This document shows, piece by piece, positions 19,135-28,852 of a DNA stretch of 64,000 nucleotides. The position numbers were made by a program, and so were the translations under genes. Position 1 is the stretch's first letter, and each line of letters starts with the position of its first letter. This DNA is from Candidatus Latescibacterota bacterium (lineage in GTDB: Bacteria > Latescibacterota > UBA2968 > UBA8231): contig OZ252098.1 in NCBI GenBank assembly GCA_965248355.1, positions 1,408,001 to 1,472,000 of the forward strand, written 5' to 3'. Under the pieces are notes generated by a model. That model made no database searches and was not told where the DNA came from. It worked only from the letters and a program-made list of their open reading frames with translations.

Positions 19135-19976
19135 GGCTCGATGAGCCCGACGCGGCGGGTCGACAGGGCGGTCTCGGTGGAGCCCGGGAAGGGGACGTCG
19201 CTGAAGACGGCGTTGCCGAGCATGATCATGGAGGCTTGGCCGCCGCGCCGGGTCACCTCGTCGACGGCGGCGCGCACCCCTTCGTGGGCCATGAGGCCGC
19301 TGCCGGACGCGAAGGCCCGGGACTCGCGGATGACGCTGCCCAGGTCCAGGGACGGCGCCTCGCGGAGACCCCCCAAGGCGGCCAGGGCCGAGTCGGCGGC
19401 GGCGTTGATCCGCCGGCGGCGCTCCGGGTCGGAGAGGATGTCCCGCGTGCGGATGGGGCCGAAGTGCCGGTAGTGGATGGAGGCCCCGGGGGCCAGGGGC
19501 ATGCGCTGGGCCGCGAGGGGGTCTCCGGCGACGAGCTTCACCAGGCAGCCGCCGTGGTACTGGGCGCAGACATCCCCCAGGCCGGTGAGGTTCTCCACCT
19601 CGGCCACGTGGGCGGCGGTGGCCAGGGCGCGCTCGGACAGCCCCAGGTCGAGCAGGGCGTTGGCCGCGTAGGCCGCGGCCAGCGAAGAAGCTCCGCTGAG
19701 GCCGAAGCCGCTGCTCAGGGGCAGGGGCGTCTCGACGTCGACGGCCAGCCGCTGCCCGGGCGCGACCCGCTCCAGCACGGCCGCCACCGTGGGGAACTCG
19801 ATCTCCTCGCCGTTGAAGGTGATGCCGCCGCCCCCGCGGCGGACCGAGACGGTGGCCCCCTCGCGCACGGTGAAGCCGAGGCCGAGGGAGTGCATCCGCG
19901 CCGGGTCCTCGTGGGGGATCACCTTGAAGACGCCGGAGATGTTTCCCGGCGCGAAGGCGGCCGCCGCCTCAGCCAT
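19131..19976 (-). CDS. Archaeal-type pantoate kinase (GHMP kinase, PoK)
   Basis: AFAPGNISGVF, SLGLG, PLPLSSGFGLSGA, AHVAEVENLTGLGDV, SMIMLGNAVF. Adjacent to PPS. Confidence 0.88.
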   Translation of the reverse strand: MAEAAAAFAPGNISGVFKVIPHEDPARMHSLGLGFTVREGATVSVRRGGGGITFNGEEIEFPTVAAVLERVAPGQRLAVDVETPLPLSSGFGLSGASSLAAAYAANALLDLGLSERALATAAHVAEVENLTGLGDVCAQYHGGCLVKLVAGDPLAAQRMPLAPGASIHYRHFGPIRTRDILSDPERRRRINAAADSALAALGGLREAPSLDLGSVIRESRAFASGSGLMAHEGVRAAVDEVTRRGGQASMIMLGNAVFSDVPFPGSTETALSTRRVGLIEP

Positions 19977-20658
19977 GGACGGCCTCCGGCGCCAGCCGCT
20001 GCGCCTGCAGCCAGCCCGGCAACCGGGCGACTCCGTCGAGCAGGGCCAGGGGCGCGTAGGGGGCGAAGGCCGGAGCCCCGGTGGTGCCGCTGAGGACGGC
20101 CACGAAGCGGATCGCCCCCCGCCGCGCCGCCTCGGCGTCGGGAAGGCTGTCCCCCACGTAGAGGGACTCGGCGGCGTCGACCTGGAGACGGTCCAGGGCC
20201 AGGTGCAGGCAGCCGGGATCCGGCTTGTGCTCGGAGACGTCCTCGGCCCCGATCACGGCCCCCACGAGGTGACGCAACCCCTCCCGGTCGAGGATCCCCT
20301 CGATGCGGTAACGGTACTTGGTGGAGGCGATGGCGCAGGCCAGGCCCCGGGAGCGCAGTTCCTCCAGCACGCCGGGGACGGCGTCGTAGACCACGGTGCC
20401 CGCGGCCATGACCTGGTCGGCGCGCTCGAGGAAGAGCCTTCCGAACTCGACGCTGCGCCCCCGCTCCGCCTCGCCGTTGAGTGCGGCCAGGATGTTGGGT
20501 ACGGAAAGGCCGATGGTGCGCCGGATCTCCTCCTCCCCGGACAGGTCGAGGCCCATGCGCCGCTGGGCATAACGCACGCAGTCGATGACGCCCACGGAGG
20601 AGTCCGCCAGGGTGTAGTCGAAGTCGAAGAGGACCGCCTTGAGCGGCGTCAGGCCCAT
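19969..20658 (-). CDS. HAD-family phosphatase
   Basis: VLFDFDYTLADS, IASTK, KPDP, YVGDSLPD. Confidence 0.9.
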   Translation of the reverse strand: MGLTPLKAVLFDFDYTLADSSVGVIDCVRYAQRRMGLDLSGEEEIRRTIGLSVPNILAALNGEAERGRSVEFGRLFLERADQVMAAGTVVYDAVPGVLEELRSRGLACAIASTKYRYRIEGILDREGLRHLVGAVIGAEDVSEHKPDPGCLHLALDRLQVDAAESLYVGDSLPDAEAARRGAIRFVAVLSGTTGAPAFAPYAPLALLDGVARLPGWLQAQRLAPEAVHG

Positions 20659-20663
20659 GCCGG

Positions 20664-21476
20664 TCACGCTTCGGCCGGCGAGGCCGTGGCCCCCGCCTGG
20701 GCGCCGGCGTTCACCCCCAGCCCGCGGCGGTAGGCCTCCAGGGGCAGCAGATCCTCGGGGCCCACGTTGCCGATGTTGGCCTGGGGGCCGAAGCGGTCGA
20801 TCAGGTCCCGGCGCATGCTGTGCACGTGATGCTCGCTCACCCCGGCGATCCACGGGCCGGGCAGCTCGAACATCACCTTCTCCAGGCCAACGGAGTCGAC
20901 GATCCCGTCGATGTCGGCCGCCGTCCCCGCGTCGCCGCGGATCAGCTCCGCCGCCTCCACCAGAAGCAGGCTGGCTCCCGCCTCCATGCACGCCCTGGCG
21001 TCGTCGGCCAGGGGTACGGCGTTGGCCAAGCCTTCCTTCTTGCCCACCTCCCCGAGGACCTTCAGCCCGAACTCCTCTACCGCCCGGACGATGACCCGCT
21101 CCTTCCACCGCAGCGTCACCGGGGCCAGGTTGTCCGAGACCTCCACCCAGCGGTAGCCGGCCTCGACACAGGCCGGGAGGTAGCGTTCCAGGAGGCCGTG
21201 GACCTCGGCGTACTCCAGGAACTGCCCCCCGGGGAAGGGCTCCACGTGCCACGACAGGTAGCGGTCGATCTTCTCCGTCAGCAGCTTCGCCGGGTGCAGC
21301 CGCGAGAGCCCCACGGCGATCTTGGCGAAGTCGAAGCAGTCGGCCCCGACCGCGATCAGGTCCCGCTGCCGGTGCGGCCCGAGGCCCCAGTCGATGACCA
21401 TTGTCAGCCCCGAGGCGCGCGGCTTGGCGGTGCGCTCCGGGGCCAGATGTCCGTCGAGTCCGTCGAAGGGATGCAC
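20664..21476 (-). CDS. comA: Phosphosulfolactate synthase (ComA)-family protein, divergent
   Basis: KPRASGLTMVID, PGGQFLE, VEVSD, EVGKK, MFELP, FGPQANIGNV, LEAYRRGL. Confidence 0.82.
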   Translation of the reverse strand: MHPFDGLDGHLAPERTAKPRASGLTMVIDWGLGPHRQRDLIAVGADCFDFAKIAVGLSRLHPAKLLTEKIDRYLSWHVEPFPGGQFLEYAEVHGLLERYLPACVEAGYRWVEVSDNLAPVTLRWKERVIVRAVEEFGLKVLGEVGKKEGLANAVPLADDARACMEAGASLLLVEAAELIRGDAGTAADIDGIVDSVGLEKVMFELPGPWIAGVSEHHVHSMRRDLIDRFGPQANIGNVGPEDLLPLEAYRRGLGVNAGAQAGATASPAEA

Positions 21477-21640
21477 TTCGCGGTCCTTCGTGGTGGGTTT
21501 GGAAGCGCGCTAACCTACGAAAAGGCCCCCTACTCCGTCACGGCACTTGCCGCGTTCCCCCGAGGCCCGCGATGTTTCTGACCGCCGCGGGCGACCGAGA
21601 GCCCGCCGGCCGGTTCCGGTCCGAGTAGGAATGACCATCC

Positions 21641-24600
21641 ATGGAAACAGGCTCTACTCTCCCATGTCTCTCGCTGGACCTCGAGGTCGGAAAGCAGGAC
21701 CGTCGCATCCATGCGTTCGCCGCGATCCGATCGGATACCGACGACCGCCTCGTCTTCAACGGCGGTAACCTCGCCGCAGAACTGGCAAGACTGGACGATC
21801 TCGCGCACGGTGCCGACTTCCTGCTGGGCCACAACCTGGTCCTCTTCGACCTGCCGCATCTGAAAGCCGCGAAACCCAACCTCCGGCTGTTGCGGTTGCC
21901 GGCGGTGGATACGCTGTGGCTCAATCCCCTCGCCTTTCCGCGTAACCCCTATCACGGTTTGGTCAAGCATTACCAGGACGGACAACTCAAGCGAGGGCGG
22001 CTGAACGATCCCGAACTCGATGCCCGGCTCGCGCTCGACGTCTTTCGTGACCAATGGCGCGCTCTCGGCTCCGCTTCACCGGATCTCTTGCTCGCGTGGC
22101 ATTGGTTGACAACGGCGGGCGATATCGGGGACGGCTTCGACAGATTCTTCTCCTCGCTGCGTGAGTCTCCCCGGCCCTCGGACGCGGAAGCCCGCGCGGC
22201 GATAGAGGGACGGTTGGCGGACAGCGCCTGCCGGACCCACGGGCGCGAGGCCACGACAGATCCGGCCCTCTTTGGCTGGGCGCTGGCCTACGCCCTCGCC
22301 TGGCTTTCGGTGGCCGGTGGCAACTCTGTCATGCCGCCGTGGGTACGCCACCAATTCCCCGAGGCGGGACGACTGGTTAGCCGGCTGCGGGATACAGCTT
22401 GTGGAGACTCCGCCTGCGTGTGGTGCCGGGAGCGGCATGACGCCCGCAGGGAACTCTCCCGCTGGTTCGGCTTCAACGGCTTCCGTCCCGAACCTTCGAG
22501 CGCGGACGGAAGCCCGATGCAGCAGTCCATCGTTGAAGCGGCGATGGCCGGGGAGCACGTCCTCGGGATCCTTCCCACCGGCACCGGAAAGTCGCTCTGC
22601 TACCAGATCCCGGCTCTTTCGCGTTACGACAAGACCGGCGCCCTTACAGTGGTGATCTCACCCCTGGTCGCGCTCATGGCGGACCAGGTGGCGGGACTGG
22701 AAGCACACGGCATCGGGTCGTGTGTCGCCATTAACGGCCTTCTGTCCATGCCCGAGCGGGCCGATGCGCTGGACCGGGTGCGGCTCGGAGACGCCGGACT
22801 GGTGCTCGTCTCGCCCGAGCAGCTGCGCAGCCAGTCCTTCCGCCGCGTGCTGAACCAGCGCGAGATCGGCGCCTGGGTCATGGACGAAGCCCACTGCCTG
22901 TCGCGATGGGGGCACGACTTCCGACCCGACTACCGCTACGTGGGGCGCTTCATACGCGAGAAGGCGGGATCGGGGCCTGTCCCGCCGGTGTTGTGCCTCA
23001 CCGCGACCGCGAAGCCCGATGTCGTCGAGGACATCGCCCGGTACTTCCGAGACTCCATCGGAGCGGAGCTCACAGTCTTCGACGGCGGAGCCCAGCGCAC
23101 GAACCTCGAGTTCGTGGTGGTTCCGACCACCGGTGGCGAAAAGTTTTCTCACATCCACCAGATCCTGATGGCTGACCTGCCCCAGGACACGCCCGGCGGT
23201 GCCATCGTCTACTGTGCGACCCGGCGTCAGACCGAAGAGGTGGCGGAGTTTCTGCAGATGAAGGAGATCGCGGCGGACCACTTCCACGCGGGTCTGCCGC
23301 CCGAGACCAAGAAGAGCGTCCAGCTACGCTTCATCGCGGGCGAGCTCCGGGTGATCGCCGCCACCAATGCCTTCGGCATGGGCATCGACAAGCCGGACGT
23401 GCGGCTGGTGATCCACGCCGACATCCCGGGCTCGCTCGAGAACTACCTGCAGGAGGCGGGGCGCGCCGGGCGGGACCGGGAGACCGCGCGCTGTGTGCTG
23501 TTGTACTCGACGGACGACGTCGAGCGCCAGTTCGGGATGTCCGCCCGGTCGCGCCTCACGCGCCGGGAAATCCACGGCATCCTGCGGGCGCTCCGGAACC
23601 TCGACCGGAAGAAGCGTCTGAAGGGCGAGGTGGTTGCCACCGCGGGCGAGATCCTCCTGGAGGAGGACGAGAAGGTATTCGAGCGGGACTCAGCCACCGA
23701 CGATACCCGGGTGCGGACCGCCATCGCCTGGTTGGAGGAGGCGGTGCTGCTCACCCGTGAGGAGAACGAGGTGCGGGTGTTTCCCTCGTCCCTTCGGGTG
23801 AGTTCGGTGGAAGAAGCCCGAGCCAAGATCGAGAGCTCGCCCATTGCGGACGCCTACCGCCACCAGTTCCAGCTCATCGCTGAGAAGCTGATCGACGCCG
23901 ACCCGGACGAAGGCATCTCCACCGATGAGCTGATGGGCGTGTCTGGCTTGAGCCCCGAAGGTGTACGCGCCGCCCTCTACGACCTGGAGCGCCTCGGCAT
24001 CGCGAGGAACGAAACGGCGCTCACCGCCTTCGTCCATACCGGGGTGGAGAGAAGCTCGCTGAAGCGTCTTGACGAGGCGGAGAGTCTTGAGAAGGCATTG
24101 ATCGAGCACCTCCGTCTTGCTGCGCCGGACATGGGTAAGGGTGAGTCCTGGGCTCTGCATTTACGAGTCGCGTCGCAGGTTCTGCGAGATGCTGGGGTTG
24201 TCGATCCTCTTCCCGAGCGGCTATGGCGCATTCTTCGCAGCATTGCCGCTGACGGCCGCGGCGAGGGGGGCGGCTCTGGGAGCCTCGGGATCCGGAAGCG
24301 CGATGCGGAGACCGTGCAGGTAACACTGCAACGCGACTGGCAAGCCCTGGAGGAGACCGCATCGCGGCGCCGTGCGGGGTCGAGACGCCTGCTGGAACAC
24401 CTGCTCGCCGGCCTGTCGCCTGGGAGCCGGGGCACGGATCTCCTGGCCGAGACCACCCTGGGAGAGCTCATGGGCGCGCTAATGTCCGACTTGCTCCTCA
24501 AGAGCAGGCTCAAGAGTCCTGAGAAACTGCTGGACCGAGCTCTCCTGTGGCTGCACGAGCAGGAGGTCATCCGCCTCCACAAGGGTCTCGCGGTCTTTCG

Positions 24601-26845
24601 CCCCGCCATGACCATCCGGCTCACGGACGAGAAGCCGGGGCGGGGATTCGCCACGGCCGACTTCGAGCCGCTCAGACTGCACTACGAGGGGCAGGTTCGG
24701 CAAATCCACGTCATGGTGGAATTCGCGCGGCGGGGTCTGGAGGCCATGGCGGAGGCGCTTCGTCTGGCCATGGAATACTTCGGCATGAACGAGGAGGAAT
24801 TCCTGCACCGCTGGCTTCCGGAACGGAGTCGAGAGATCGCCCGCGAGACCACCCCGGAATCGTGGCGGACCATCGTCGAGAGCCTCAAGAACCCCGTCCA
24901 ACAGCGGATCGTTGCGGATGATCGAGAGCAGACGAACGTGCTGGTTCTCGCCGGTCCTGGTTCAGGAAAAACGCGGGTGCTGGTGCATCGCATCGCCTAC
25001 CTGGTGCGGGCCAGACGCGAGAATCCCCGCGGCATCCTGGCCCTTGCCTACAACCGGCACGCGGCGGTGGAAATTCGGCGGCGCATCTTGGGATTGATCG
25101 GTGATGAAGCCCGGGGGGTGACCGTGCTCACGTGCCATGCGCTGGCCATGCGACTGGTGGGAGCCAGCTTCCAAGAGCGAGAACGGCGGCGGCTCGACGA
25201 CGATGCATTCCGGGAGGTGTTGCGCCAGGCAGTAGCACTGCTGCGCGGCGAGGGGCTGGAACCGGAGGAAGCGGACGAACAGCGAGAACGACTTCTTGCG
25301 GGCTTCCGCTGGATCCTTGTGGACGAATACCAGGACATCGCTGCGGATCAGTACGAGTTGATATCGGCCCTGGCCGGACGGACTCAGAGAGATGAGGATC
25401 GCAAGCTCACCCTCTTTGCAGTAGGGGACGACGACCAGAACATCTACGCCTTCAATGGCGCGTCGGTCGAGTTCATCCGCCGCTTCGAAGCGGACTACGG
25501 TCCGAAGCCCACCTACTTGACCGACAACTACCGCTCCACCGGCCACATCATCGCTGCGGCCAATGCATTGATCGAGCCGGCGCGCGAACGGATGAAGACC
25601 GGATATCCCATCTGCATAGATCGGCCTCGTGCGAAGAACCCACCGGGCGGCGACTGGCGGGAACTGGACTCGGTCGCTCAAGGCCGTGTGCAGGTTCTAC
25701 CAGCGCTACACGATCCGATCATACAAGCGCAGGTTGCGATCACGGAGTTGCAACGCCTCGCTACCCTAGCTCCCGACTGGGACTGGTCCAGGTGCGGGGT
25801 CGTCGCGCGGGAATGGAAGTACCTCGATCCGGTACGTGCATTCTGCGAAGTAAATGGTCTTCCGGTCCAGATGGGAAACGAAGACATCCCGAGCTTCTGG
25901 CTCCTGCGAGACACCCGGACGATGGTCGAATGGCTGCGTGGACGGGATACCTCCTTGGTGAACAGCCCCGACCTCCGTGATTGGGTGAATGCACGTCCTT
26001 CAGGACCCTGGGTCGAGCTTCTTCAGGAGGCTCTGGATGAACATGAGCTTGAAACCGGAGCAGGTGCGGAAGTGAGGGTGGACCCCTTCATCGAGTGGCT
26101 GGCCGAGTGGGGCCGGGAACTTCGTCGCCGCCAGCGCGGGCTCCTGCTGTTGACCGCACATCGCGCCAAGGGATTGGAGTTCGACCACGCGGCCGTGCTT
26201 GACGGAGGCTGGAACAAGATCGACGTCGACAAGGGGGAGGACGAGGACGCGCCAAGACGGCTCTACTACGTGGCCATGACCCGCGCCCGGAAGACCCTTG
26301 CTCTGATTCGATTTCCCGGGCCGCATCGGCTGCTTGATGAATTGCAGGGCAATCCCTCGGTGCTGCAACGAGACGCCGGGTGGCCTGACTTCGCGAGGGA
26401 ACCTGAGGCCCCGGCGTATTCGGGGCGATCACGCCCGCACCACGCCCCTGGCGGCTTGCTGCCGGAAACCCTGGAACTCGCGCGTCAATATCGACGGCCG
26501 GGCCTGCGCAGGGTCGATCTGGGATTCGCGGGGCGTCTTCGGCCCAACCATCCGGTGCATCGTGCGATCTCCGCCCTGTCGTCCGGCGATAAGCTGGAGA
26601 CACGCGTGACCGAGGCGGGACGTTGGGAATTGCTCGACCTCTCAGGAAGGGTGGTGGGGCGCCTTGCCCGTGACTTCAAACCCCCACCGGGAACGCAGTG
26701 CAGGTCCGCAACAGTTCTGGCCATCATGTCCTGGAGCCGTGACCTGTCGGACTCAAAATACCACGACAGCATACCGTGCGATTCCTGGGAGGTCGTGGTG
26801 CCGGAGTTGGTGTTCGAACCAGTGGCGAGCAACCCGGAAGGTTGA
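21641..26845 (+). CDS. Large helicase: exonuclease-like N-terminus + RecQ (SF2) + UvrD/Rep (SF1)
   Basis: N-terminus LSLDLEV..LLGHNLVLFDLPHL. RecQ motifs LPTGTGKS, DEAH, WGHDFRPDY, ATNAFGMGID, QEAGRAGRD. UvrD motifs AGPGSGKT, LVDEYQD, VGDDDQ, NYRS, HRAKGLEFD, YVAMTRA. Confidence 0.92.
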   Translation: METGSTLPCLSLDLEVGKQDRRIHAFAAIRSDTDDRLVFNGGNLAAELARLDDLAHGADFLLGHNLVLFDLPHLKAAKPNLRLLRLPAVDTLWLNPLAFPRNPYHGLVKHYQDGQLKRGRLNDPELDARLALDVFRDQWRALGSASPDLLLAWHWLTTAGDIGDGFDRFFSSLRESPRPSDAEARAAIEGRLADSACRTHGREATTDPALFGWALAYALAWLSVAGGNSVMPPWVRHQFPEAGRLVSRLRDTACGDSACVWCRERHDARRELSRWFGFNGFRPEPSSADGSPMQQSIVEAAMAGEHVLGILPTGTGKSLCYQIPALSRYDKTGALTVVISPLVALMADQVAGLEAHGIGSCVAINGLLSMPERADALDRVRLGDAGLVLVSPEQLRSQSFRRVLNQREIGAWVMDEAHCLSRWGHDFRPDYRYVGRFIREKAGSGPVPPVLCLTATAKPDVVEDIARYFRDSIGAELTVFDGGAQRTNLEFVVVPTTGGEKFSHIHQILMADLPQDTPGGAIVYCATRRQTEEVAEFLQMKEIAADHFHAGLPPETKKSVQLRFIAGELRVIAATNAFGMGIDKPDVRLVIHADIPGSLENYLQEAGRAGRDRETARCVLLYSTDDVERQFGMSARSRLTRREIHGILRALRNLDRKKRLKGEVVATAGEILLEEDEKVFERDSATDDTRVRTAIAWLEEAVLLTREENEVRVFPSSLRVSSVEEARAKIESSPIADAYRHQFQLIAEKLIDADPDEGISTDELMGVSGLSPEGVRAALYDLERLGIARNETALTAFVHTGVERSSLKRLDEAESLEKALIEHLRLAAPDMGKGESWALHLRVASQVLRDAGVVDPLPERLWRILRSIAADGRGEGGGSGSLGIRKRDAETVQVTLQRDWQALEETASRRRAGSRRLLEHLLAGLSPGSRGTDLLAETTLGELMGALMSDLLLKSRLKSPEKLLDRALLWLHEQEVIRLHKGLAVFRPAMTIRLTDEKPGRGFATADFEPLRLHYEGQVRQIHVMVEFARRGLEAMAEALRLAMEYFGMNEEEFLHRWLPERSREIARETTPESWRTIVESLKNPVQQRIVADDREQTNVLVLAGPGSGKTRVLVHRIAYLVRARRENPRGILALAYNRHAAVEIRRRILGLIGDEARGVTVLTCHALAMRLVGASFQERERRRLDDDAFREVLRQAVALLRGEGLEPEEADEQRERLLAGFRWILVDEYQDIAADQYELISALAGRTQRDEDRKLTLFAVGDDDQNIYAFNGASVEFIRRFEADYGPKPTYLTDNYRSTGHIIAAANALIEPARERMKTGYPICIDRPRAKNPPGGDWRELDSVAQGRVQVLPALHDPIIQAQVAITELQRLATLAPDWDWSRCGVVAREWKYLDPVRAFCEVNGLPVQMGNEDIPSFWLLRDTRTMVEWLRGRDTSLVNSPDLRDWVNARPSGPWVELLQEALDEHELETGAGAEVRVDPFIEWLAEWGRELRRRQRGLLLLTAHRAKGLEFDHAAVLDGGWNKIDVDKGEDEDAPRRLYYVAMTRARKTLALIRFPGPHRLLDELQGNPSVLQRDAGWPDFAREPEAPAYSGRSRPHHAPGGLLPETLELARQYRRPGLRRVDLGFAGRLRPNHPVHRAISALSSGDKLETRVTEAGRWELLDLSGRVVGRLARDFKPPPGTQCRSATVLAIMSWSRDLSDSKYHDSIPCDSWEVVVPELVFEPVASNPEG

Positions 26846-26996
26846 GCAACGTCTTGCGGAACAGCTGCGGTGCCCCGGTGCCTGCGCTCGGATTCGCTCA
26901 AGCGGCGGCTGCCTCGGGGCGATTTTCCATCCGCCGCCCGCAAAGCTACCTTCCCGGCAGGCGTCTCGACCCGGCGCCGATCCCGAGGAGGCCGCC

Positions 26997-27905
26997 ATGA
27001 CCATCACAGCCGACGTTCAGACCCTTCCGCAGCGCATCCTCGGCAAGACCGGCGAGCGCGTCCCCGTCCTCGGCCTCGGCTCGGCCTGCGGAGGACTGGG
27101 CCTGGGCGACGCCGAGGCGATCGAGCTCTACGAGAAGGCCATCGACCGCGGCGTCACCTACATCGACACCGCCCCGGGCTACGAGCGCGCCCAGCGGCAG
27201 CTCGGACACGTGGTGCCCCGCCGCCGCGACGAGCTCTTCCTGGTCACCAAGTCGCCCACCGCCGACGGCGCCGAGGCCGTGCGCCTGCTGGAGCAGAACC
27301 TGCGCGATCTCGGCACCGACGCCGTGGACCTGTGCTACGTCCACTCCCTGGGCAACTACGACGTCGACCAGGTCCTGGCCCCCGACGGCGCCCTCGCCGG
27401 TTTGCGAGAAGCCCAGAGGCGGGGGCTGACCCGCTACGTCGGCTTCACCGCACATCACAAGACCGGAAGCTCGGAGCGCGTCCTCCGGGAGGCGGAGGTC
27501 GACGTCATCATGGTGGCCCTCAACTTCGTCGACCACCACACCTACGGCTTCGACCGCACCGTGCTGCCCCTGGCCGCCGAACGCAACGTCGGCGTGGCCG
27601 CCATGAAGGTCTACGGCGGCGCCGAGGCGATGGAGTACCAAACGCGGGAGGACGAGGACCAGCGCCCCTCCGCCCTGGAGGCCAGCGCCCCCGCCTTCGA
27701 TCACGAACGCGCCCTGCGCTGGGCCCTCGGCCTGCCGGGCGTCAACGTCGCCGTGGTCGGCATGTACTCCGAGGAGGAGCTGGACCGCAACATCGAGTGG
27801 GCCCGCCGCTGGCAGCCGCTGACAGCGGAGGAGGAGGCGCAACTGCTGGAGGAAGGCCGGCGTATCGCCCGCTCCTGGGGCGACCACTACGGGGATACCA
27901 CATGA
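26997..27905 (+). CDS. Aldo/keto reductase
   Basis: RILGKTGERV..LGLG, YIDTAPGY, LFLVTK, DLCYVH, AMK. GAGGAG RBS. Confidence 0.92.
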   Translation: MTITADVQTLPQRILGKTGERVPVLGLGSACGGLGLGDAEAIELYEKAIDRGVTYIDTAPGYERAQRQLGHVVPRRRDELFLVTKSPTADGAEAVRLLEQNLRDLGTDAVDLCYVHSLGNYDVDQVLAPDGALAGLREAQRRGLTRYVGFTAHHKTGSSERVLREAEVDVIMVALNFVDHHTYGFDRTVLPLAAERNVGVAAMKVYGGAEAMEYQTREDEDQRPSALEASAPAFDHERALRWALGLPGVNVAVVGMYSEEELDRNIEWARRWQPLTAEEEAQLLEEGRRIARSWGDHYGDTT

Positions 27906-28852
27906 CAACGCCCAAGGGCCAAACAGAACACGCACTGATCGGCGAAGTCGAAAAGCTGATCGATGAAGGAGCGCGGCTCTACGAGAAGGAAACGGAGGAG
28001 TTTCCCCGCCTCCACTTCGACCGGCATCTCTACCAGCCCCTGTTGGTTGAGAAGAGCGACAAGGTAAAGACGGCGCCCCCGGCGTTGAACCAGAGCGAAC
28101 AGCGGTTCGTGAAGGATCTGAAAGCCCACTGGAAAGCCGAACGCGACCGATCCCTCGCCGGGATGGAACTGTTCCTCCTGCGGAATCTGAGCCGTGGGGT
28201 CGGCGTTGGCTTCTTTGAGACAAGAGGCTTCTATCCTGACTTCATCCTCTGGATCAAGAAGGGGGAGCAACAGCACATCGTCTTTGTGGAGCCGCACGGA
28301 ATGATCCACGCAGAAGCATACCAGCACGACGACAGGGCCCGGCTTCACGAAAGGCTGGCGGAGTTGACAAGGGAACTCGGCAATGAGAATGTGACCTTGG
28401 ACTCCTACATCATTTCCGCAACTCGTTACGACGACCTTCGCAAGAGGTACGACGACGGTTCATGGGACATGGAGAGATTTGCAGGGGCGCATATTCTGTT
28501 TGCGGAAGACTGCTACATCAAGAGGATCTTTCAGGGAGTTTGCCAGGCAAGGCTGCACTTCCCTGAAGACAGAATCGCCGAATTCTGCCGGCGCCATCAC
28601 ATCCGGCGCATGGCCCTGTTCGGCTCGGTTCTCCGCGACGACTTCACCTCCGAAAGCGACGTCGATGTGCTGGTGGAGTTCGCGCCCGGCCAAACGCCGG
28701 GACTGGCCTTCATCACCATTCAGGACGAGTTGTCGGAGATATTCGGCCAGCGAGTGGATCTGCACACCTTCAGCGGAATCGAGGGAAGCCGGAACCGGTT
28801 GCTTCGGGAGGAGATTCTCAAGTCTGCGGAGATTCGGTATGAGCAGGCGTGA
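27902..28852 (+). CDS. Type III restriction Res C-terminal nuclease fragment fused to MNT nucleotidyltransferase antitoxin
   Basis: HLYQPLL...LFLLRNLSRG...FYPDFILW..IVFVEPHG, then LFGSVLRDDFTSESDVDVLVEF (GSx10DxD). ATG overlaps the AKR stop (ATGA). Confidence 0.8.
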   Translation: MTTPKGQTEHALIGEVEKLIDEGARLYEKETEEFPRLHFDRHLYQPLLVEKSDKVKTAPPALNQSEQRFVKDLKAHWKAERDRSLAGMELFLLRNLSRGVGVGFFETRGFYPDFILWIKKGEQQHIVFVEPHGMIHAEAYQHDDRARLHERLAELTRELGNENVTLDSYIISATRYDDLRKRYDDGSWDMERFAGAHILFAEDCYIKRIFQGVCQARLHFPEDRIAEFCRRHHIRRMALFGSVLRDDFTSESDVDVLVEFAPGQTPGLAFITIQDELSEIFGQRVDLHTFSGIEGSRNRLLREEILKSAEIRYEQA

